From Schmidtea polychroa (taxonomy: Eukaryota): a DNA stretch of 64,000 bases. The position numbers and the translations under genes were made by a program. Below, piece after piece: positions 38,852 through 50,288 of this stretch. Positions within the stretch are counted from its first letter, which is position 1; every line of letters begins with the position of its first letter. The notes under the pieces are model-generated. The model saw only the letters and a list, made by a program, of their open reading frames with translations. It was not told where the DNA came from and did not search any database. The stretch lies in contig CM097885.1 of assembly GCA_044892525.1 (NCBI GenBank), forward strand, positions 10,170,001 to 10,234,000, in the 5' to 3' direction.

Positions 38852-39923
38852 CCACTTAAGTTATATTTTGTTGTTCTTTCTCTATTCCGACGTATATCAT
38901 CATAACGTAACACAGCTAGTATGCTATATAAAAAACAGAATTGATCATTGTTTTGAACATTAACTAAAGCCTGACAGTTTTTCAGGTAATTTGGCGTTTT
39001 AATGTAACTTGAACCTAAGTAATCTCTTGATTTATATATATATAATAATGTAAATAATCTTACCAGATACATGTATTATGTCTGATAATTTAGTTAAAAT
39101 CATAGTAACTTCTAATATTTTATGAATTCTCCACCCACTACTTTGTTGAGTGTATTTCTCCAACTTTTCTTTTAATTTTTCAATTCCATCATTAATAAAT
39201 GAAGATGACATTGTAATTGCTTTATTCGACAAACACCATTTTTTAATTTCACCATCCTCTTTGATAAACTCTGCACAAAGTCCAAATTGGATTTTTACTG
39301 TCCCCATTCGTTGAATATGATCTTCTATTTCTTTGATGAGACAATCTGGAACAACAATGTCAGGAGAATTAATTGCAGATACATCGCTTGTCAATTCAAC
39401 ACGAGAACCGTTTAAGTCAGACTCCCGACGTGGACACAATTGTATGTTAGAGTCTCCATTTCCGTAAAATATTGACTTTCGTTTTGTGGTGCCAGAGTTT
39501 TGTCTAACTATATTTATAATTAATATTAAACAACTTAAATAACATAACTTGTAACATATTCTTTAATCTCATTAGGATCGTATGATGTATTCATTTTCGA
39601 TTGTACTATAAAAAATTAATAATTGTTAATAGTAGAAAGAGTATTACTTTTAGTGATCATCCTGCTCTTCGTTTCTTCGAATCTTCTAAGATGGTGTCCG
39701 TGTTGTCGTACAAACATTAACCACCTACCTGGTGTTATAATGAGACATTCCGGACATATGTAACCCGATAAGGTAGAGTCATTTATCTTGAAATATGATG
39801 ATGTAACTGATTTACAGTTCTCCACATCTTCATGACTTTCGGCAATACAAAATTTATATAAACTGCATCCGTTCACTAAAAAATAATCATTAATATTAGA
39901 TAGAGAATAAAAATTTATTCACT
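35896..39923 (-). CDS. Protein-primed PolB, left-arm copy, seven exons
   Basis: Inverted copy of 43797-47836; identical 862-aa last-exon ORF. Confidence 0.92.
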
Positions 39924-41090
39924 TATATAAGTTAAATTAAAAGTTTAAATGACAAACATTTGAAAAGTTACTGCTTATATATTACACATGATTAAATTCT
40001 GACCAATCAAAATCAAGGAAGGGGTAGGAAAAATAAATATATTCTGACCAATCAAAATCAAGGAAGGGGTAGGAAAAATAAATGCATTACATTGCAGTAT
40101 TTTAAAACTTAAATTTTAAAACACATTTTGACGCTAAAGTTGACTTATTTAACATTTTCATAATAATTTAATAAAAATAATGTGTTGAACTCACAAAGTA
40201 ATATCATTTTTTTTTCATCAAATTGCAAAACAGTAATAACGTTTTCATAAAATTGTAACAAAGTAATAACATATTTCAGATAAATTTTCAACAGTTGTAA
40301 AATATTTATCAAATTGTAACTAAAATAATAAAAATATTGCAACAAAGTAATAAAATAATGATGTTAATTGGGACAAATCAATACATTATTTCGAAGACGG
40401 ACAACAAATTAAAAAAGAATATTGTAATAAATTGTGAAGTCTTTCAGTAAATTACAACAAAGTAATAACATATTTCGGAAATATTTCACCAGATGTAAAA
40501 TATTTAAGCAAATTGTTATAAGATTATAAAAATATTGCAACAAAGTAATAAAATAATACAACATTTTAAACTCTAGATCAATCCATTTTATAGAAAATTA
40601 AATTTTATCTCTATAATATATGAATAAATATACAAGGAAATTACGTTAACGTATAATAAAACATGTGTGTATTACACACAAAACAAGATACATAATTTCT
40701 AATCAATCCATTTTATAGAAAATTAAATTTTATCTATATATTATATGAATAAAATCCTAAGAAAATTACGTTAACCGCGCGAAAAATACAAATTTATCGT
40801 AAAAACATGTGTGTATTACACACAACATACGAGACATAATTTTTAATCAAGCTATTTTATAGAAAATTAAATTTTATCTATATATTAAATGAATAAAAAT
40901 CCAAGAAAATTACGTTAACCGCGCGAAAAAATACAAATTTATTGTAAAAACATGTGTGCATTACACACAAAGCACCAAACTGAAATTGTAATTGCGCCGT
41001 GTTGTAGAGAATTAAATTCTGCCTATACATGGTTACACTTAAATCTCGATCAGACCTGTGAAAAGAGACATAAAAGATAAAAAACAGTAG

Positions 41091-41382
41091 AGTAGTATGA
41101 TGTGGGCCCGCCCGGCCAGGAGCCCGCTCGGCCACATATACACACTCCCCCCGTGTGTAAAATAATGTTAATAATAATATTTATATATCAGTAGATAGAT
41201 CTCGCACTGGGCCTTAAAATGAGCTATAGATCAATAAAATCCGTTGGCGGGAACATTAAGTTTTGAGCAAACGAAAACCAGGAGCCCGCCAGACCACTTA
41301 ATAATATTTTTTGAAAATAATAATGATTTATGAGTCATCGTATGAGTCATCGAATGAGTCATCGTTCTAAAAATACATGATG

Positions 41383-41442
<60 letters not shown>

Positions 41443-41646
41443 TTCTTGGGAGTTGTAATAATAATTCTTTGAAAATATCTTAGTCATTATTAATAATACT
41501 AATAATACCCTAGCGAGTTGTTGATTGTGAGTAGTACCCTTGTGTGCAGTACCCATGTGACTTGTTGAGTGTGAGCAGTACCTTTGTGAGCAATACCCAT
41601 AGGGGGACAGAATATCTTGTCGGATAAACTCGGAGTATATAATAAT

Positions 41647-41694
<48 letters not shown>

Positions 41695-42629
41695 CAACGA
41701 TTTAAACAAATTAAATTAATATGTAATCGATAATTAAAACAAAGATTATTAGTTCTAAAATTATTAGGCATCATTCTAAAAATATGACGTAATCATTCTA
41801 AAAATATGTGGCATCGTTCTAAAAATATGTGGCATCGTTCTAAAAATATGAGTCATCGTTCTAAAAATATTAGGCATCGTTCTAAAAATATGATGTAATC
41901 ATTCTAAAAATATTAGGCATCATTCTAAAAATAATAGACATCGTTCTAAAATTATGATGTAATCGTTCTAAAAATAATAGACATCGTTCTAAAAATATTT
42001 GGCATCATTCTAAAATATTAGAAAACATTCTAAAAATGTGATGAGTCATTGTCTTTGTTCTAAAAATGTGATGAGTCATCGTATGATAAAAATCTATATC
42101 TCATTAGAAAGTTCTTGCACAGAGCTTTAAAATAAGCTATCGATCAATATAATATGTTGGCGGGAACAATAATTTTTGGGATGAAAAAAAGTAGGTCCCC
42201 GCTGGATCACTTAATAATATTTTGAAAAATAATAATAATTTAACGTTGAAAAGATGGTGGTCATCAATTGTTAATAACATTAAAACTATTAAAGATATAT
42301 ATGATACCTATAGCTCATTCGAAAGGTCTTGGACTGAGCTTTAAGATGAGGTATCGGTTAATAAAATTTGTTGGCGGGAACATTACTTTTGGGAAGAAAA
42401 AAAGTAGGTCCCCGCTGGATCACTTAATTTAAAAAAAATTACGTAATAGTTCTAAAAATATTAGGCATCGTTCTAAAAATATTAGGCATTGATTACGTAA
42501 TAGTTCTAAAAATATTAGGCATCGTTCTAAAAAAAAAATAAAATTTTTTCCCGGGGGGGGGGGGGGGGGGGGGAGGGGGTATATGTGGCCGAGCGGGCTC
42601 CTGGCCGGGCGGGCCCACATCCTACTACT
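41091..42629. mobile_element. Non-coding mini-Maverick (1.54 kb) at the palindrome centre
   Basis: AGTAGT...ACTACT ends, ~60-bp TIR with GTGGGCCC...CACATATAC; internal blocks shared with B TIRs (GGGGACAGAATATCTTGTCGGATA, AAACGAAAACCA..AGCCCGCCAGA). Confidence 0.75.
41750..42085. repeat. Degenerate ~20-bp tandem repeat (CATCGTTCTAAAAATAT core); more copies at 42445-42530
   Basis: Direct reading. Confidence 0.85.
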
Positions 42630-42744
42630 CTACTGTTTTTTATCTTTTATGTCTCTTTTCACAGGTCTGATCGAGATTTAAGTGTAACCATGTATAGGCA
42701 GAATTTAATTCTCTACAACACGGCGCAATTACAATTTCAGTTTG

Positions 42745-43150
42745 GTGCTTTGTGTGTAATGCACACATGTTTTTACAATAAATTTGTATTTTTTCGCGCG
42801 GTTAACGTAATTTTCTTGGATTTTTATTCATTTAATATATAGATAAAATTTAATTTTCTATAAAATAGCTTGATTAAAAATTATGTCTCGTATGTTGTGT
42901 GTAATACACACATGTTTTTACGATAAATTTGTATTTTTCGCGCGGTTAACGTAATTTTCTTAGGATTTTATTCATATAATATATAGATAAAATTTAATTT
43001 TCTATAAAATGGATTGATTAGAAATTATGTATCTTGTTTTGTGTGTAATACACACATGTTTTATTATACGTTAACGTAATTTCCTTGTATATTTATTCAT
43101 ATATTATAGAGATAAAATTTAATTTTCTATAAAATGGATTGATCTAGAGT
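42745..43150. repeat. About three ~120-bp tandem repeats in the arm (mirrored at ~40570-40975)
   Basis: Repeated TGTGTGTAATACACACATGTTTT...GTTAACGTAATTT...AGATAAAATTTAATTTTCTATAAAAT. Confidence 0.85.
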
Positions 43151-43637
43151 TTAAAATGTTGTATTATTTTATTACTTTGTTGCAATATTTTTATAATCTT
43201 ATAACAATTTGCTTAAATATTTTACATCTGGTGAAATATTTCCGAAATATGTTATTACTTTGTTGTAATTTACTGAAAGACTTCACAATTTATTACAATA
43301 TTCTTTTTTAATTTGTTGTCCGTCTTCGAAATAATGTATTGATTTGTCCCAATTAACATCATTATTTTATTACTTTGTTGCAATATTTTTATTATTTTAG
43401 TTACAATTTGATAAATATTTTACAACTGTTGAAAATTTATCTGAAATATGTTATTACTTTGTTACAATTTTATGAAAACGTTATTACTGTTTTGCAATTT
43501 GATGAAAAAAAAATGATATTACTTTGTGAGTTCAACACATTATTTTTATTAAATTATTATGAAAATGTTAAATAAGTCAACTTTAGCGTCAAAATGTGTT
43601 TTAAAATTTAAGTTTTAAAATACTGCAATGTAATGCA

Positions 43638-43748
43638 TTTATTTTTCCTACCCCTTCCTTGATTTTGATTGGTCAGAATATATTTATTTTTCCTACCCCT
43701 TCCTTGATTTTGATTGGTCAGAATTTAATCATGTGTAATATATAAGCA
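43638..43748 (+). promoter_or_regulatory. pPolB promoter: duplicated ~43-bp unit with inverted CCAAT box, then TATA
   Basis: Two copies of CCTACCCCTTCCTTGATTTTGATTGGTCAGAAT followed by TATATAAG. Confidence 0.6.
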
Positions 43749-43796
43749 GTAACTTTTCAAATGTTTGTCATTTAAACTTTTAATTTAACTTATATA

Positions 43797-44868
43797 AGTG
43801 AATAAATTTTTATTCTCTATCTAATATTAATGATTATTTTTTAGTGAACGGATGCAGTTTATATAAATTTTGTATTGCCGAAAGTCATGAAGATGTGGAG
43901 AACTGTAAATCAGTTACATCATCATATTTCAAGATAAATGACTCTACCTTATCGGGTTACATATGTCCGGAATGTCTCATTATAACACCAGGTAGGTGGT
44001 TAATGTTTGTACGACAACACGGACACCATCTTAGAAGATTCGAAGAAACGAAGAGCAGGATGATCACTAAAAGTAATACTCTTTCTACTATTAACAATTA
44101 TTAATTTTTTATAGTACAATCGAAAATGAATACATCATACGATCCTAATGAGATTAAAGAATATGTTACAAGTTATGTTATTTAAGTTGTTTAATATTAA
44201 TTATAAATATAGTTAGACAAAACTCTGGCACCACAAAACGAAAGTCAATATTTTACGGAAATGGAGACTCTAACATACAATTGTGTCCACGTCGGGAGTC
44301 TGACTTAAACGGTTCTCGTGTTGAATTGACAAGCGATGTATCTGCAATTAATTCTCCTGACATTGTTGTTCCAGATTGTCTCATCAAAGAAATAGAAGAT
44401 CATATTCAACGAATGGGGACAGTAAAAATCCAATTTGGACTTTGTGCAGAGTTTATCAAAGAGGATGGTGAAATTAAAAAATGGTGTTTGTCGAATAAAG
44501 CAATTACAATGTCATCTTCATTTATTAATGATGGAATTGAAAAATTAAAAGAAAAGTTGGAGAAATACACTCAACAAAGTAGTGGGTGGAGAATTCATAA
44601 AATATTAGAAGTTACTATGATTTTAACTAAATTATCAGACATAATACATGTATCTGGTAAGATTATTTACATTATTATATATATATAAATCAAGAGATTA
44701 CTTAGGTTCAAGTTACATTAAAACGCCAAATTACCTGAAAAACTGTCAGGCTTTAGTTAATGTTCAAAACAATGATCAATTCTGTTTTTTATATAGCATA
44801 CTAGCTGTGTTACGTTATGATGATATACGTCGGAATAGAGAAAGAACAACAAAATATAACTTAAGTGG

Positions 44869-44943
<75 letters not shown>

Positions 44944-47836
44944 AATGTCATAAATCATTGAATTTTGTTTTTAAGACTTAAAATGGAAATTTGAATGGTT
45001 TCCGATGAAGTTGGTTAACATTTGCCAATTTGAAGCAATTAATCCAAATCTAGCGATCAATGTTCTCAAATATAATAAAGATCCAATTAAACAAAAAACT
45101 AATGATATTTTCAAGAATCCGTTCATTGACTTGGTATATAGAAGTACTTCGACGGGATCTCAGATATATCTCCTATTGATTGAAGAAGGTAATATTTCCT
45201 TTAATCATTAAAAATATTAACTAAATTTAGAATTAAATTATCATTTTTTGGCTGTAACTAATCTCGATCGACTGCTGAATTACAGAGATAGAGTAGAAGG
45301 AGTCAGAATCCAATCACATTGGTGTCATACGTGTCTTCATGGGTTTCAAAAACGTCCTGCTTTTGAAAGACATATAGGTCTTTGTAGGAAGAATGTGGAG
45401 CGTACGACTCTATACTCAATGCCAGAGAATAAATATATCGAATTTAAAGATTGGAGTAAAACTATAAAACAGCAGTTTGTTGTCTACGCGGACTTTGAAT
45501 CGATATTACCTCTAGATGACAAACACTTCCAAAAACATGAGCCGATTGCATCTGAATTTGTGCTTCTCCATCAAGGTTGTCCGATCCGAAATGAAACATT
45601 TGTTGGGAAAAACTGTATCATTCAGTTCATACAAGCATTGGATGATATAGCTACAGACATAGTTTATCCGTGGTATAAAATTAATGGATCAAAGGAAATG
45701 ATGGAACTCACTTGGGAAGAGCAGGAAGAATTCACGACTCAAACTCATTGCTACCTTTGTAAAAAGATTATCAATATACCCGTTCGAGATCATGATCATT
45801 TTACTGGTCAATATCTCGGAGCAGCGTGTCAAGATTGTAATTTGGCTAGAAGAATCAATCCGTCTTTACCTGTTGTATTTCATAATCTTCGTGGATATGA
45901 CATTCATCATATATTAAAATATGCAATTGGAAAATTCCCAGATTGGAATTTAATTGTTATTCCTCAATCAACAGAAAAGTTTCTCACACTTACAGCGACA
46001 TCGAAAGGCAGAAGAATTAGATTCATTGATTCTTTACAATTTTTAAATAGCAGCTTGGCAAATTTATCAAAAAACTTGCCACGTCTTCCACTTACTTCAA
46101 AGATTTTCAATTCGCATCTAATAACTGGTAAAGGCATATTTCCTTATGATATTGCTACGTCAATGGATGTTTTACAGTCAATAACAGAATTACCATCGAT
46201 TTGGGAGGGAGTTAGTCAAGAAGATTATATACATGCAAATCAAATCTGGCGACAATATAACTGTGAGACACTGCTAGATTACATGCTAGTATATCTCAAG
46301 TTGGATGTTTTTGTGTTGGCCGATGTTTTTGAAGCTTTCAGAGAAAAAACATTTGACGAAGATGGACTTGAGGCTTTATCGTTTGTTTCCATACCCGGAT
46401 TAAGTTGGGCATCAGCTATTAAACAGTTACCTGAACCGGTAGAACTTATTCAAGATCCAGAGCTTTACCGTTTATTTGAAGCTGGTATTCGTGGTGGAAT
46501 GACATTTATCAACAAACATCATGTTGAAGCTGATGAATCAACACAAATGTCATACCTAGATGTTAATAATTTATATGGATGGGCGCTGTCGCAAAAACTT
46601 CCTATTGGTGAATTTAGATGGATAAATGATCATACTGAAATGAATGGTATTGTTGAAAGATGTGCAAATGGGGATGAGTTTGATGGAGATCGTGGATATG
46701 TTCTAGAGGTTGACATCGTCATTCCTGATAGTATACAAGATAAGCTAGATGATTTACCTATAGCTCCTGAGCTTTGTTATCCACCTGGTAGTAAAGTTGA
46801 AAAGCTGTTGTTAACTCATGAGCCTAAGAAAAACTATGTAGTTAATGGTAGAGTTTTGACAGAGTGGTTGAGTTACGGCGCAAAAGTCACAAAAGTTAAT
46901 CGTGCTGTAGAATTCAAGCAAGTAGCTATTTTCAAACGCTATATTGATTACAATACTCAAATGAGAGCAGCTAGTACAGATTCATTTCAGCGAGATTATT
47001 ATAAGTTAAAGAACAACAGTTTATATGGTAAAACCGTGGAAAACCTTAAGAAACGTATAAATTTGAGATTATGCAGCAAAAGCAAAAGATTGATAACTTA
47101 TTGTAGTAATCCTATGTTTCGTCGTAGCATCAAGATTGCGGATGATCTCATTGCTGTTATACTTGATAAGGAAATGGTGTGTTTAGATAGACCAATGTAT
47201 ATTGGACAAACCGTACTTGATTTATCTAAACTTCGCATGTACCAGTTTCAATATAAAGAACTACAGAGTTATAGAGAAGAATTCAATTGTCAAATTAATA
47301 TCGTAGCCGGTGACACAGATTCCTTCTTTTTAGAGTGTAAAAATGTTGATTTACGCTTACAACTGTATCCAAAAATGATTGCCGATGGGCTCCTAGATAC
47401 TTCAAATTATCCGGTGACTGATCCATTGTTCTCAGATAAAATTTGTTCGGTAATCGGGAAATTCAAGGATGAGAATAAAGGAAATCAATATAAAGAATGG
47501 GTGTTTCTTCGACCCAAGTGCTACTCACTCCAAGGAGATAAAAACACTCTAAAAGCCAAAGGAATAAGTCTTACAAATTCTAATATCACCCATGAAGCCT
47601 ATAAAAAAGTGTATACTGATGGTGGAACAGTGAGCATCCAACAAAAGAGAATAGGAAGTGTTAATCATCAGTTGTATACTTTCATTACTGAAAAACGAGC
47701 TCTCCAATGTTTGGATGAAAAAAGGTATTGGTTCAATTCTAATGAAAGCTATGCCTACGGTCACTATAAGATTCGTCAAATGCATATCGCAACTGCTCCG
47801 TCTACAAATGAATGCAAATCGAAACAAGAACTTTAA
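43797..47836 (+). CDS. Protein-primed PolB, 1236 aa, seven exons (Cys/His N-terminus, terminal-protein/OTU-like region, exonuclease, polymerase)
   Basis: Exons 43797, 43845-44072, 44115-44171, 44213-44656, 44706-44867, 44976-45188, 45231-47836 sum to 3711 nt in one open frame; VYADFES, DHDHFTG, FHNLRGYD, YLDVNNLYG, KNNSLYGK, AGDTDS, KCY. Confidence 0.92.
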
Positions 47837-49194
47837 CAATTAAATTTATGTGAATAATAAAATATATATTGTGAATTATTTGACTTCGTTAATTAAAATA
47901 TGTTTTATCATTTAATAATTCATTTGTCCAATTAATTTAGATAATTAGTTTTAAGTAAGAATTATTATTTATCATGAAAAACTTTGCTTTGTTTTGAAAA
48001 ATTAATGCCCATTTTATTTAAATTAACACAGCTTTATTTTATGATAATTACCAATTAAAATTTTATTCAAATTGAATAATTACTAATTAAAATTTTATTC
48101 AAATTGAAATATTATTGTTATAATTTACGCTCTTGTTAGAATATAATGTAAAATTAAAAAATAAATAAATAATAATTAAATAACGTTGGCAATTAAAATA
48201 AAGTATTAATAAACAAATTAATTAATTAAATGTAATAAATTAAAAATTAACTAAAATAAGTAATTAAAGTATAACATCATAAAATAATTAACTAATAAAA
48301 TTAAAGAGAAAAAAAAATAGAAGTAATTAAATAAAATTAAAAATAATAATAATAATAATAATAATTAAAAAGCGTAAGTAATTAAAATAAAATATTAATA
48401 AACTAATAAATTAATTAAATGTAATAAATTAAAAATTAACTAAAGTAAGTAATTAAAATATAACATCATAAAATAATTAATTAATAAAATTAAAAAGAAG
48501 TAATTAAATAAAATGTTAATTTAAAAAATAAATGATTCGATTGGTCTATATTTGATCTTGATATTCCATGACCTTGAAAGTGAGTTGGAGTCCTTACTAT
48601 TCACTACTTTTAACACATGAAAGTTGTTATATTATGGCATTTGCTGCTGATGTTATTCACTGTCACGTCATGTGATGAAGTATACGATTTTAATCGTTTC
48701 AATTATTCCGTTTCACAATATTGATGCAAAGAATCACACTTGACCATAAAAATAAAAAATCATCTGACATTGGGTGCTGCACAGTAAGCTCCGCCAAAAG
48801 AGGTGAGGTTTCACATAGGTGGACTGCATTGTGCGCTAGCACAGCACTTGTCTCTGAAGCGAAGTGAACTCGGGTGGTCTCATTTAATGTTCATGAGTTT
48901 CCATTCTTTATAACTGAATCTTTTAAAAAATAAAGAAGTATTGAGAATCCATTTGACAAATTAACAGAAGTTAAATGCTAATATTGAAAAATTATTCGCG
49001 GCCACATAAAATAATTACGCAGCCCATATGTTGGCCATCCCTGTGGTAGGCCGTACGCGGAATAAAAAATGCTTTAAAAAATTAATGAATTTAATTGGGA
49101 GCTACTGTCCCATTTTTCTTACTCCAGAAATATTGACAAAAGAAAATTTTCTATAAACCTATAAACTATTAAAAAGAAAATAATTTATTATTTA

Positions 49195-49605
49195 AAAATC
49201 GATAAATTAATAAAAGGAAAACTCAAATCAATAATTCATTGAAAAGCCATATTTATTAATTATTATTTAAAAGCCGAAAAAATCAATAAAACAAAACAAA
49301 TCAATTATTTATTGGAAAAGCATATTTATTGATTATTTAAAATCCGATAAATCAATAAAACAAATCAATAATTAATTGGAAAACCAAATTCATTGATTAT
49401 TATTTAACAGTCGATAAATCAATAAAACAAAACAAATCAATAATTTATTGGAAAACCATATTTATTGATAATTATTTAAAAGCCGATAAATCAGTAAAAC
49501 AAAACAAATCAATAATTTATTGGAAAACCATATTTATTGATTATTATTTAAAAGCCGATAAATCAATAAAACAAAACAAATCAATAATTTATTGATTATT
49601 ATTTG
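49195..49605. repeat. ~70-bp imperfect tandem repeat
   Basis: Repeated AAAGCCGATAAATCAATAAAACAAAACAAATCAATAATTTATTGGAAAACCATATTTATTGATT. Confidence 0.85.
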
Positions 49606-49618
49606 AAAAACCAACAGT

Positions 49619-50216
49619 TCAAGAACTGAAATCCATCTTGTCAAGGGATTCCATGACAAAAGCTGGATTTAACGTATTCCCATCTAAAACGATTCGCTGC
49701 ATTTTTTTCCGTTCTCTGTAGCAAATATTATTTTTATTGCTTCGGAAATCGTAATCATAAATCGCGGGAATTTCCTTGCAAATTTCATAATATTTTGTCG
49801 CCAACATTCGGAAATCTTCCATCGATAACTGGTAATGACAAGTGGATAAATTTCAAATGAAAAAAGTTTAAAAAATTTTCACCGCAATCGGAGAAGTCGA
49901 AGGATTTATTTTAGTTTCTGAGAACATTTTTATCACTAATTTACACTGATCAGGAGGAAACAACGATTCTAAAGCCGTAAGAAGGTTTTTGGTCCTGGAA
50001 AAATCAATTTGTAATGTTTGCATTATCACGAGAAAGATTACTTGAATTGAAATACTGCTTTCACGAGCTTATTAAGATAGGGATATGGGACAGGGATCAA
50101 CGGCACGGGACGCGGAATCAGGTGAATGACAGACGAGTTTACTTTCGCCTTTGGTAGAAATGCAGTTCCAGGAATAATTCGTTTTAAGTGTACCTATCAA
50201 TTTTCCAATTTATATG

Positions 50217-50288
<72 letters not shown>

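Larger units (their letters stand above)
35123..48608. mobile_element. Element C: palindromic, polymerase-only Maverick derivative (13.5 kb)
   Basis: Termini AGTAGTGAATAG...CTATTCACTACT; direct TSD TTTAAC (35117-35122, 48609-48614); arms ~35123-41150 and ~42570-48608 are near-identical inverted copies. Confidence 0.93.

Noticed and set aside
41750..42530. CRISPR-like array of ~20-bp repeats
   Set aside because: Units are adjacent and degenerate with no unique spacers, there are no cas genes, and the context is eukaryotic
35123..48608. Palindrome as a pure fold-back sequencing artefact
   Set aside because: Disfavoured, not excluded: direct TSD with unrelated flanks, a 1.4-kb asymmetric spacer and small arm differences; raw reads are still needed
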